DNA of 64,000 nt from Amphiscolops sp. MND2022. Its lineage: Eukaryota. The DNA is taken from contig OZ076409.1 of the NCBI GenBank assembly GCA_964187785.1, positions 49,850,001 to 49,914,000 on the forward strand, given 5' to 3'. The notes beneath the pieces were generated by a model, which saw nothing but the letters and a program-made list of their open reading frames with translations, did not search any database and had not been told where the DNA came from. Shown here piece by piece: positions 51,434 through 62,167 of the stretch (its first letter is position 1; every line of letters starts with the position of its first letter). Position numbers and translations under genes: made by a program.

Positions 51434-52911
51434 TGTGACAATCCTCTCCTGTGCGGTCCTCATTCATGACCACAGAGTCGTTTAGATCAATGTTTTGCAT
51501 GCTCAAAGGTTGCATTGGCGTTCTAAGTTCGTTTAAATTAGATGGCCTGAAAGGGTTATCCTGTATTTCACATTCTTGATTTTCTGTCTCAGATGCGTTT
51601 AATTCACCGTCCTCATTACTTGCGTATTTTGAGGTTCCTGCTCCGGGGGTGTTTTGCTCTCGATATCAACTGTTTGGTACGGATTGTGTTCTTCTGTTAT
51701 TTTGCATCTCTTTCAGTATTTTCTCTAGTTTTCCATCCATTTCTTTCCTTAAGTTTGCTACTTCTTTGTTCGTTTCATCTGATATTCTTTGAGTCCAAAT
51801 TTGCATTTCATCTTCATTTTGTGTTCCACTGTCTAGAGCTATTTCTTCGTCCCTAACTGAACTAACATTTTCAAAGTAACCTAAAGTTTCGATAACATTT
51901 TCATTACCTTGTGATGTCTCTATTTCGGATGTGCTCAACTCTCTCTCAAGTGAGGGTGATTGTCCTCGTCTAGATCTTCTATTTCTCTTGTTACCCATTT
52001 TAGTCAGGTTAAAATGCTGTTTTGGAGAGAAGAATTTCAATTAGAATGATGAGCAAAGTAGAATTAGGTTGAAATGAAGTTGGAGAAAATGCGCATTATG
52101 ATAAGTTATCAAAGTTGAAACAATGGTTGTGAGCATGAAAAGAAAGGTCTGATCTGTCTGAATGTTTTCTGTTGAATGGTTTTTTTGGGTTCTTACTCTT
52201 CTTTTTGATTTGGGCTAAATTTAGCAGCATGACAAGCACTTTTAAACGAATCATCATTACATCATTATTAGGTAATGGCTAAAAATAGCGCCCCGTTCTT
52301 TTCCAAAATTATATAAATAGATACTTACATGACACAATTATCTATTAATAGCATCCTGCATGATGTCATATACTTCATTCTGATTGGTTACGTATAGCTC
52401 ACATTGAGCACTGATAAAAAGTGAATACTACATCATGATTCATTTGACTCTATACCAGTACATTACCGAAGTAACTAAGTGTGAATACAAATGAGTCACA
52501 TCTTCGAAGGTCATGTTCTAAATTTCAAAGGAATGAAATTATACGGCATTATGCTGCAAACTTTATGCAGAATCAATACTTCCAGTTGCAAGTCACATGT
52601 TATTATGTATAACAGTATTATACTGCCGCATAATTTATTCGTTTCACAAACATCTGAACAAGCTAACTTTAGACATAAGGCGAATGAACAACTATTACCG
52701 TGTTTGTATGTAAATCAGCAGTAGTAAGGATATTTACATAGCATCAATAGCAAATAAAACTTAACACAACTGGTGCTGAAACATCGCAAATAAATTAACA
52801 TAACATGAGTTTTACGTGTTGACAAGTTTTTGAATGGGGGACAGTAGGCGGTTTGGAGCATTTGCCGTCAACGCTGCACCACGGATCCAGCTCATGCTCT
52901 CGGCTGTGACA
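51434..52911 (-). repeat. Putative 3' LTR of element D (1478 bp)
   Basis: Minus strand TGTCACAGCCGAG..GAGGATTGTCACA; contains the gag-like ORF MGNKRNRRSRR.. from 51998 to the LTR end (frameshifted). Confidence 0.7.
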
Positions 52912-54019
52912 GGCCAGCATTTTTGAAGCAAATGAAAGCAGCTTCAAAACCGTCTAGATAGGCTCGTGACCTGATGTTTCTGTCCCTCACAGTCTCACCT
53001 GGGTGTTCGATGGCAATCTTGTAAGCGGCAAAAGCGTCAAGGGCTACCTCGTCATAGGTTTTTCTACAACAGTGACAGTTCCTATGAGATTGAGGCATTA
53101 CAGGCGGGTTAAGTTGCATCCTTCTGTGGGTTGGTTGTTCGTGCATACTGCTGTAGGCTTGGGTAGGGTAAATCTCAGCTACCCCGGGGTTGGTGTGTAT
53201 ACCTTGAGGTTCTAAATATAGTTGCCCGGCGGAGTTGTAGTAATATCCGGAGTTATCTAGGTTTCCAGGATGTTGTATGTTGGTTGTTCCAGCATGTTGG
53301 AAAGGGATTGCTTCACGGCCAATCAAGCTTGACATGTGTTGCTGAGTATTTGGGTTAAATTTTTGGTCCCTTAGGGGCGTTTGCAGAATCCCTTTAGTAC
53401 GGTTATTTTGATGCGGTTGATTAGCGATTGGAATTTCCTGGGGTATCACCATTTGAGTTATTGGCACTGGTCTTATTGGACCATTTCTTTGGAGATTACT
53501 CAGAGAGTTGTTGGCATTACTTTGTGATAGTGGAGGCATCTGTGTTATTACTTCTCCATCGCGCATCGGCGGAACAGCGAATACTGGCCTACCATAACTC
53601 TTTCTTGGCGCGTTTGCGAAGTCCGCGTTTAACAGTAAATCATCTTCATTGCTCTCGTCTGACTCAACAAATGATGAAAACGAAAAGTCCGGTAGTTCAG
53701 TGTTTTCGGTTATTGTGCTCAATATTTCTCTTTGAATGTCAGTTCCAATAACGTCGATGAAAGAGTCTTCTTTCAACATTGTCTCACTAACTGCGAACAG
53801 TCTAGCCGCATCTTTGTTGACAAAAGCCAACATCGGGTCTTGCAGTGGTCCTCCGGCTCTAAATCTCAAGTCAATTGGCTCAACGTAGGACTGCTCGGTT
53901 ACAAATTCTTCCCCAGAGTCACTGGATATGTTAATTAATCCAGGGGAATTTTTAGAGATGGATTGCATATCCTCGTCGATGGTAAAGAGATTTGAGCTTC
54001 TTGGCGTTTTGCTTTCCAT
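52892..54019 (-). CDS. Extra sense ORF of element D (375 aa, unknown function) running into the 3' LTR
   Basis: Uninterrupted ATG ORF with acidic N-terminus, P/Q/N-rich middle and CHCC near the C-terminus; ends ..AGLSQPRA across the LTR boundary. Confidence 0.7.
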   Translation of the reverse strand: MESKTPRSSNLFTIDEDMQSISKNSPGLINISSDSGEEFVTEQSYVEPIDLRFRAGGPLQDPMLAFVNKDAARLFAVSETMLKEDSFIDVIGTDIQREILSTITENTELPDFSFSSFVESDESNEDDLLLNADFANAPRKSYGRPVFAVPPMRDGEVITQMPPLSQSNANNSLSNLQRNGPIRPVPITQMVIPQEIPIANQPHQNNRTKGILQTPLRDQKFNPNTQQHMSSLIGREAIPFQHAGTTNIQHPGNLDNSGYYYNSAGQLYLEPQGIHTNPGVAEIYPTQAYSSMHEQPTHRRMQLNPPVMPQSHRNCHCCRKTYDEVALDAFAAYKIAIEHPGETVRDRNIRSRAYLDGFEAAFICFKNAGLSQPRA

Positions 54020-55123
54020 TTGGATTTTAAAGTTTCAACTGTTTTCTTCAGAAAGTTTTGTTTGAATGAATCTTTTCCGTTTTTCTTCACACTTTGACTA
54101 TTCTCCCTATTTTCCAAATACGGTAAATAGTGTGCGGAGTCATCACCCTCTCTTGTTTACCTTTTTCCCGGTAATTTTTGGGTTAGCGTTAGATAATATC
54201 TCACTTTTATTCAAATAGCTCCACAACAAAATGAAGTTTTCTTCACAACTTCCATATATGGCGGATAAGGGTGTTATTCTTCCATTCAAGTCGATAAAGG
54301 CAAAATAATTAACTGTAAACAAATATGAATGAAACCTAGCATGCTGAATTTTAAGAACTCAATTTTTATTTTTGGATTTCACAATTTTTCCTTTTATAGG
54401 AGTATAATATGCGTTCTAAATAAAATCATCAACAAAATGAAAATAAAACCAAATTACAGGACTTTCAATTAAAATCAATGACAAGCTTCAGAATTAAAAT
54501 GATTTGATTCACTCTCTTATACCATGTACACACTGCTTCATAATGTCTATTTCAGCACAAATATGTCAGATGTTTAATGCTTGATGGTCAGTTAATAATG
54601 AGACTGAAACATGTAGTCGTATGATTTTTCTGTTTTAAGTCATTCAGTTGGTACTATACTGTATCTTGCTGTCTGTTTCCGCACGTGACATTATACTGCC
54701 ACTAGGGGGCGGAGCATCATGTATGCGTAATTCGTTTCAGCTATGCTGTTCAGGACACCAATCGCTCTGGCAGATTTGATTGGTCCGTAATGAGCTCATC
54801 CAAACAGCGCACAGTATTTGCGCAAATATGTTTTTTTTTGTCATGCTTAGAATTTGTTCAGCCGGAAGCCACGCCGCAACATTGTTTGTTTTGAAGTCAT
54901 TATAAAGTCAAAATTTGTCGCTTGTCAGTAACCGCTTCTTAAATTTCTCACTGATTCCTTTTTTTAAAATATTTGATTCCGTAGAATTGTACGAATTAGT
55001 TTTGCAGGATAGTTCTTCCAATACAATCGATCTATTTGTAAATCACCAATTTTCATCGCCTTCTCAATTTCAATTCTTCCAATTTCCAATTCCTGTTCTT
55101 GTTCAAAAATTACAATTTCTGAC

Positions 55124-57299
55124 ATGCCGCGGTCAACTTCAAGTTCCGCTCGCCGAAAACAGTCATCTCCCGGGAAGCACCGCCGATCATCATCAATGGA
55201 GCTGGCTCATCTTCTCCGGGAAAACGGTCCAAGATTCTTCCCTCTGAACGTGCTAAGCTTGAATTTAAATAGATCCCTGACGAAGTCAGATAGTGTTTTT
55301 ATTTCCTTTTTTGAGACGTCTCAGATTTTAATATGAGTTGGCCAGACTCATATTTGTGTCGACTATCTTCATATTTGTCAACTTCCGGTTCTCGAATTTT
55401 AGGCGGAAATCTCGATTTCCTGTTTGCTAGTTTCGCACAAATTTCAAATTTTGTTTCAGATTCTTCCCCAGCTAAACCACAGAGCGGCACTCGGAATCGT
55501 CGGAACCCAAGAAAACGACGCTTACTCAGAAAATTTTACTCGATTGCGGATATAATCCGAGGTCTGCGTTAGACGAAGACAATCTTCCGCCTGAGTTTAC
55601 TCCACAAGTGCTTCTGGACGATGATCACAATCAGTTTATTGATGCTGTTACTCTCCCTGCTAATTTGTCCTCCAAATTACAGGGAGTAAAAGAATTTATA
55701 CTACGTCAAGCAGCTTCAAACACTGCTCCCATTGGTAACGTGCTGCCTTACGAAACAGTATCTCCTGAAATCTCTGGTGACACACAGAAAACTCCTCCAA
55801 TCAAAGCAAACCCACTGCTAGAGACTGCTTCCAAAGGGTCTCCTTTCACGCGTTTTTTGCTTGAGTCGGGAAAACAAGAACGCGAGAGCCGAGGCGACAA
55901 AACCCAGGAGAGGGTGCCAACTTTATCCTCACCAGACGAGCTTTAACGGCCTGAGGTCACACAGTAAGGGACTGGGGAGTCTCGGCTTGAACGTCTTTTG
56001 GCTGAAGCTGCTGAGGAGGCTACAGGAAAATGAAGAAAAAGTACTTCACTTCTGAGCGGACTTGTTCCAAAACTGTGCCGACAGAATCAGTGCCAGAAGT
56101 TCAGCCCAGCGGGGAAATGCCTACCCCAACTACTTCAAAAGTTGTTCGCAAAAACACTGATCAAAGCTCTGATTCCAGTGATGCTCCTGATTCTGATTCG
56201 AGTTCGGAACTTTCTTCCTGTGAAGTTTTGGTGGCTGTCCGCGAACGGCCTATCAAGCGTCAAGGAAAACAGAAATCAAGCGGGGATTCGCCGCCGCGGA
56301 AAAGAGCAAAACCCAGATATGTCTTGGCGGGCAGGATGTATTACAAATACCCATTCTAAAATTCTTTGTGACAGCACCATCTGATGCGGCCAGATACCCG
56401 TTTAAGTATCGGTTGAGAGTCTGTTTGGTCGAGTTATCTTTGATGACTAAGAGCCCAATAGAGATACTACACCACTACAGAACCGATGCTCACCTCGTGA
56501 AGGAACATCGCATACGAATGGAGAGCCCAGGCTTGCCACTCTACGACAAGCATTGTGAAGAATTGACTGGGATGACTCGATCCCTCCTAAATTGGGAGAT
56601 TATTATCTGCGAGTTGGCCAACTGGAGCAATCGGACTAAACACCAGCAGAAGTCCCGGACCAGGAAGTTTCCTCACAGTTAAACCTTCTGCGCTATGGGC
56701 TCGTCCACGGGGGGCACTTGGATACCCCTATTGCTCTTTGGGGTGATTTGGTCTGTGGAACCAAGACAGTAGAACCTATCGTCGAACACGACTGGAGGCC
56801 CCACCGAGTCTTTGTGAGTAAAATTCACTTTTTTAAATAAAGCTTCATTCCGGAAAACTTGTATATTCTTGTTCTGTTCCAGGGACTCTTGACACATATG
56901 TTCCGCGAGCTATTGTCTTACTGTGTTACTTCAATTGAATCAAGTGGCAGTTATTCCCTCCGCTTATCCGTTCTACCAGACGAAACCCGTTTATTCGTTA
57001 ACTTCTGGGCGGGCAATTCCTTACACAGTATGTGTTTAGCTGTATTCCCCGGGCGCGTCTTCTCGCCATCTGTCCTCATTCCACCTCTCGGCAGCTTCTT
57101 TTCCCTCGTCGAGCAAGACGTGCATCTATTATTTATGAAAGGGTTCTCGCAACGACTAGGATGGGCTATCTCTCGCGTATTGCCTCAACACAAGAAGATA
57201 TTTTCAACACCCAAGTTCGATCCTGATGATCTAGAGCGAGTTCTACTTGTTCCTTTACAATACATATGCCGCAAAAGTGGAGTTTATCATCAAGTGTAA
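55124..57299 (+). pseudogene. Antisense spliced gene of element D, homologous to the hAT-like gene of B, degraded
   Basis: YRLRVC..SLMTKSPIEILHHYRTDAHLVKEHRIR aligns with B FNCSVC..SFLSRGPRGIWRHFKCKGHFAKDRRYR; acceptor at 55460; intron 56814-56882 (GTGAGT..CCAG); frameshifts and stops. Confidence 0.65.
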
Positions 57300-57729
57300 A
57301 GTGTATTTTCAGTAAAACGAGAGCGAACCGTATTTTAGTCAAACAGTGCATAGTGTAAAGTTCACTAGTGTACAGTGTACAGTGGGTAGTGTACAGTCCA
57401 AATCACACCGTGTAACGAGCAAAACACGTAACGCGTTTTTGAAATAATGGAGCGTTTTTATTGGCTGTTAATCGTACTAGCAAGATCTTGCTAGTTCGTT
57501 GCGGCATTTGTATCGTAATGTTCTGTTCAAGTTTTGGACCATTTTGATTTTCGCTCTGTGCTCGATTTCCTACTCCTGCGTCTTCGGTCAGCTTGTGGGA
57601 GCCCGTGGTTATCTGCTTTACCCGAATTCCAGAAGGTAATGTTCCACATTTCCCTTGTTCCATTTTTTATCCGAAGTGTTATTCTCTGATCATTTTCCGT
57701 GTTCTGTATTTTATACTGTTTGTCGGCTT

Positions 57730-58683
57730 TGTAACGGCTGCTTGCCCTTATCCTGCGCTGAGGCTTGACAAGCTTTACGCCGCCCTGATCCGTTGCTTAG
57801 TGCTGTGGACCGTCACTAAACAATTCCTGGTTTTTCGTGTTTAAAGGACTGTATCTTTTGACTGGTGGGTCCGATGTGACCCGTGGAATCTCCTGCGATT
57901 CCTCTGTTCACTGAATTGGATCCGATGTGATCCTGCACACACTTCCCTCACAGTATCTTCACGCGCTCCGGCTCTCCAACTATGAGAGTAGCTACTTAGT
58001 CGCTCTAACTCTAGCGAAAAGTTGTGAAGATTGAGAAGTTGATTAATTAGTCTCTTGGTCCTAAGACCCAACTTGACTATAGCTATTCAATGGAGATAAT
58101 CTCTATCTAACAATGGTATACATATGGTTTACAGTTCTACAGTAAATATAAGCAAATATCAGTTGAAATATGTTGTATAAATAAATGACATTTAAAGCAT
58201 AAAATGAAGTTATTGGCTAAGTAAACAAACTATGTGGTGGTTTTGGCATGTTGGTCAGGTGGGTTAGAAAGTATGTTTACACAATGTAAATATCAGTAAT
58301 TTCAACAGAGATGAATTTCCTTCAAGGTCAAATAGGAAAATCACATAATAACTAATATATCAAAATTGGGATTTCATGGAGTCCGACCTAGGTCACTTTG
58401 GGTGTTAATTGCTCGGAACCCAGGTGAGACACGGGGTAGGTTGTTAAGAGTGAAAAGTTAGTGTATCACCACCACTATAGGTGTGCCAAGTTTCAAGGTG
58501 ATTGAATCAGTGGTTTTCCGGGACGGGGGGGGGGGTGGTGTTTTTTTACATAGGGTCATTTTTGCTTAGACTTGTATTTTTCCATCTAAAATCTTGATAA
58601 ATTTTCTAAGTGTTTTGAGTTGTAAGTTTCATCAGTCACGTTCGAATTTGAGTTTCTGATCTCGCAATTGACTGGCGCCAACA
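57730..58683 (-). repeat. 3' LTR of element E
   Basis: Direct repeat of 62168-63121. Confidence 0.97.
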
Positions 58684-61331
58684 TTGCCGGCCCTGTTTTT
58701 CTCCTGAAAAACACTTTCGTAGAACATGGGTGCCAGTTTCACTACTGGTCTTTTGAGTTTTCCATCTTCAGTTTTCACTAGCGCTGATCTCACTCGCCCA
58801 TCGCTTCCATGATAGACGTCCAACACTCTACTCATCTTGTAGTGTGCTCTTTTCACATTCTCATCTACTATCCAAACCAAATCATTGACTTCAAGTTGTC
58901 TAACCTCTTCTTTATTCCATTTTCCAAAAGATTCTTGTCGCATCATCACTTCCCACGATGCGGCCGGCCCTATGCAAGGCTCAATTTTACAACTTGTTGC
59001 TGCTCGGGCTTTTGAAGAACCCAATTGCGTTTCCATTAGCGATATTTCGTCTGCAAATTTATCTATCACAATCTTTGCAAATAGGATGCCAGTTGTCAAT
59101 TGAACACATTCGACCATTCCATGTAATAGGTTTGAGGTGTGTTCAAACTTCCGAGCTTGTTTCTTCGGTCGCTTGCGGTGGCCTTTGCTCAATTGAGTTT
59201 TATCCATGCCGTTAGCCTGTGCCACCGCGTCCATCCCAGAGTTTCCATTACCAATCCGAGGGTTCCACTCATTGTTATTACTCGGGATAATTTCTTCTAC
59301 AAGGCTTACTTTGAAGTCAAAATCAAATTTCTTTCCAAAGGTTGCAATCATGGTACGTGTTTCGCCTTTGGCATTGCATTCAACGGGTTCGTCATGTTTT
59401 GCTGCAACATGGCATAGCTTTCGATACATTGCTTCATCACTACAATCATCAAGCAGTGCAAATTGTTGCTCATGCACAAATCCATAACTTTTGTCGAATT
59501 CAAAACATTTGTTTCCTTCTTCAAGAAGTAGAGTACTGTCATGAAGCATCGTCACTTCAAATATTTTCCCTTGCTGTACATCCTGTTGAACGGTGAAAAC
59601 TTCTGCACTCTCTTGCAGCAGTTCACGTTGGACACTCGATTCTCCCAAAGTTTGCTTGCTAGATGCGAATGATAAGAATCTATGCTCCTTCCTTGTTTCC
59701 GTCCTTGTGTGATTCAATATCTCTTCTGTTTGCACTATCGAATGCTCACTCATGCCTAAGTGAATCTCTTCTTCCAAAACCTGTTTGGTATCCACGAGGA
59801 GGGTTTCTGAACGGACGTCTTGCCGACCGTTGTCTACAATGAATGTTTCTGACCAGTTCTGTATGCATTCCGCTGTGAGGAACTTCGAGGTTCCTTTGTT
59901 TGCAACTTTCACGTCTGGTTGTGATGTTGCTCCTTGTCTGCATGTTCCGTTATCAACATCGGTTCTGTCTTTCCGATCAGCTTGCTGATCAACTTCTGTG
60001 GGAGGTTTTGAGTCTCTCCTAAGCGCGGAGAACTTTCCTTCGTGAACTAATTTCACTGCATTCTCTGATTTCAAATGAACTGATAGTGCAATATTGGACT
60101 TAGCCCCGTCTTCGACTGTTTCTGTCTCAGCCATGCATCTTGAGTCTTCCGTGAAACTGTCGACTGATGAGACACTTGGGAAGCTAGTCCCCTGACTGCT
60201 CGACACTTCCGCTATTTCTCTTTCCTTTTCAGCTATTCTCGCTTTGCGGGCAAGCTGTTCATGCAAGTCAGCTATTTCCATTTGTATTGCTTCACGCTTC
60301 AGTTTCTCGAGTCGGGTTTGCAGTTCTTCTTGCTCTTTTTGAGCTTTTACTTTCAAATAAAGAACTCGTCTAGCAATTGAACTTTTCGAAATCACTGAGC
60401 TTCTGTTGCTTCTGGTTTCAACCAGTTTTGGATGTTTGCCCAGTTCCTCTATTTCCAATTGTCCAGTCTCGCTTCTTTGGCCTTGGACTTCATCCGATTT
60501 CTGATCTTCCGCTTTCTCTAATGCTAGAGGAAACAGTCGATCTCCATTAGACCACTTCGTGCTAACTGTTGGTCTGTTGTCCATCAGGATTGTTACGTCA
60601 GACACCTTACCGTTTTCTTCGGGTAGTGATGTCACATAGTTGACTGAGTTTTCCAATTCTGATATGCTGTCTCTCATAACACAGCAACTTTCTTGGTAAT
60701 TGGTCCTTCTTGACCGTTTCAGTGATTCGTTTTTACTAGCTGTTTTCTTTACACAATTAGGTTTTGCCTGATGGACACCGCCTCTTTGCCTCAACTTTCC
60801 TGTGCGAAGGCATCTCATAGCTGCGTCTGCAGATGTTCCATTTGTCATCTGACTCAGTTTCAACTCTTTTGTCCCATCAATTGGACACTTCAACATTTGC
60901 TGCACATCGGGGAACCAATATCCACAACTCGATTCCAGATTCGCAAAGCATTCGTCCCATTCAGTCACACTTCGACTGAGCTGTCTTTGCGTTTCTTCAT
61001 TTGTAAGACTCAACATAAAGTCTACACAGAACAGCAACGCCTGTCTTCTCTCGCGGTATTCAATTACCCGATCAATCAATTTGCTTTTGGATACAACAGC
61101 TCCTTCCTCATCGAGCTTGTCATCCAAGTCTTTTACCAATGTATGGAGCTTTTTCACATGTAGGGGTACAATATCCCAATAGAGGCACCACGCGTACCAA
61201 TCTGACGCATTTTCCAAATCTTTCGGTCTGAGCTCCATCAGTTGTTGGCTCTGCTTTGTGTTTCTTTCCTCAAACACAATTGCCATTCGAGGGTGCTGCA
61301 ACACTTGCCTTTCTTTCTTTTTGGCTTTCAT
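58632..61331 (-). CDS. 899-aa ORF of element E: coiled-coil/gag-like N-terminus fused to the BEL/Pao post-integrase (DUF5641-like) domain; no RT, RNase H or IN core
   Basis: C-terminus KW..LEVNDLVWIVDENVKRAHYKMSRVLDVYHGSDGRVRSALVKT..LKRPVVKL is characteristic of the end of BEL/Pao polyproteins; no YxDD RT or DDE motifs found. Confidence 0.8.
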   Translation of the reverse strand: MKAKKKERQVLQHPRMAIVFEERNTKQSQQLMELRPKDLENASDWYAWCLYWDIVPLHVKKLHTLVKDLDDKLDEEGAVVSKSKLIDRVIEYRERRQALLFCVDFMLSLTNEETQRQLSRSVTEWDECFANLESSCGYWFPDVQQMLKCPIDGTKELKLSQMTNGTSADAAMRCLRTGKLRQRGGVHQAKPNCVKKTASKNESLKRSRRTNYQESCCVMRDSISELENSVNYVTSLPEENGKVSDVTILMDNRPTVSTKWSNGDRLFPLALEKAEDQKSDEVQGQRSETGQLEIEELGKHPKLVETRSNRSSVISKSSIARRVLYLKVKAQKEQEELQTRLEKLKREAIQMEIADLHEQLARKARIAEKEREIAEVSSSQGTSFPSVSSVDSFTEDSRCMAETETVEDGAKSNIALSVHLKSENAVKLVHEGKFSALRRDSKPPTEVDQQADRKDRTDVDNGTCRQGATSQPDVKVANKGTSKFLTAECIQNWSETFIVDNGRQDVRSETLLVDTKQVLEEEIHLGMSEHSIVQTEEILNHTRTETRKEHRFLSFASSKQTLGESSVQRELLQESAEVFTVQQDVQQGKIFEVTMLHDSTLLLEEGNKCFEFDKSYGFVHEQQFALLDDCSDEAMYRKLCHVAAKHDEPVECNAKGETRTMIATFGKKFDFDFKVSLVEEIIPSNNNEWNPRIGNGNSGMDAVAQANGMDKTQLSKGHRKRPKKQARKFEHTSNLLHGMVECVQLTTGILFAKIVIDKFADEISLMETQLGSSKARAATSCKIEPCIGPAASWEVMMRQESFGKWNKEEVRQLEVNDLVWIVDENVKRAHYKMSRVLDVYHGSDGRVRSALVKTEDGKLKRPVVKLAPMFYESVFQEKNRAGNVGASQLRDQKLKFERD

Positions 61332-61694
61332 TTGTTCATATGACTCTTTTGTTCCACTGAGGGCTTTCGAACTTCACATTTGTTTCTTGTAGGCTTTGTC
61401 ACTTATCCCAACTTTGCAATTTCTCAGATACAAAGTGTCAACTGCTCAATCCGGTAATCAATCGCCAATTCTTGAAGAATCAACCCAATACTGTCGATTA
61501 TACTTGCCTTCTTTGACGAACTTGGTTTTTTCAGTGGATCGTGTCCCTCTGACTTGATCCCTTTGCTTTACTTGGTGGATTTACTTGCAATGACGTCTTA
61601 GACCAGATCTTTGCTTCAATCAGGAATACGATCCCAAAGAATACAATTCGTCTCAAAAATAGAATTGATGCACAAATACCTCCAGAGTGCCGCT

Positions 61695-62005
61695 AAAGCC
61701 CAACTCCCAGAGTACACAGTAGTCCCAACTCCAGAGTCACTATAGTCCAAAGACCCAGAGTCACAATAGCCCAAGCTCACAGAGTCACAGTAGCCCAATC
61801 TCCCAGAGACACAGTAACCCAATCTCCCAGAGACACAGTAGCCCAATCTCTCAGAGACACAGTAGCCCAATCTCCCAGAGACACAAAATCCCAATCTCCC
61901 AGAGACACAGTAGCCCAATCTCTAAGAGACACAGTAGCCCAATCTTCCAGAGACTTAGTAGCCCAATCTCCCAGAGACACAGTAGCCCAAAATCCCAGAG
62001 ACACA
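61695..62005. repeat. 24-bp minisatellite (gtagcccaatctcccagagacaca)n in the 5' UTR of element E
   Basis: About 12-13 tandem copies, degenerating leftwards. Confidence 0.95.
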
Positions 62006-62076
62006 AACTTAGAGACTCCAAGATCCAGTTCTTGGGCAATCTTCTGTTGTCTACCAACGAGTCGTCTTCTTCTAGT

Positions 62077-62167
62077 CCGGGTCGTCCACCAACGAGTTGT
62101 CCGGGTCGTCCACCAACGAGTTGTCCGGGTCGGCGGACCAACGAGTTGTCCGGGTCGGCGGACCGAA
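62077..62167 (-). repeat. Four tandem 24-25-bp PBS-like units next to the 5' LTR of element E
   Basis: Minus strand: TTCGGTCCGCCGACCCGG, TGGTCCGCCGACCCGG, then TGGTGGACGACCCGG twice, separated by ACAACTCGT. Confidence 0.8.

Larger units (their letters stand above)
51434..57729 (-). mobile_element. 3' part of gypsy-lineage element D nested in C (LTR, extra sense ORF, antisense gene); probably continues after 63126
   Basis: LTR-like segment with TGTCACAGCC start and gag-like N-terminal ORF; same gene layout as the 3' third of element B; pol not identified in the window. Confidence 0.7.

Noticed and set aside
58519..58540. Poly-G run in the E LTR as a functional G-quadruplex
   Set aside because: Simple homopolymer; nothing in the sequence supports function.
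61616..62141. Repetitive ORFs (GYCVSGRL)n and (WATVSLGD)n
   Set aside because: Artefacts of translating a 24-bp minisatellite; open in several frames.
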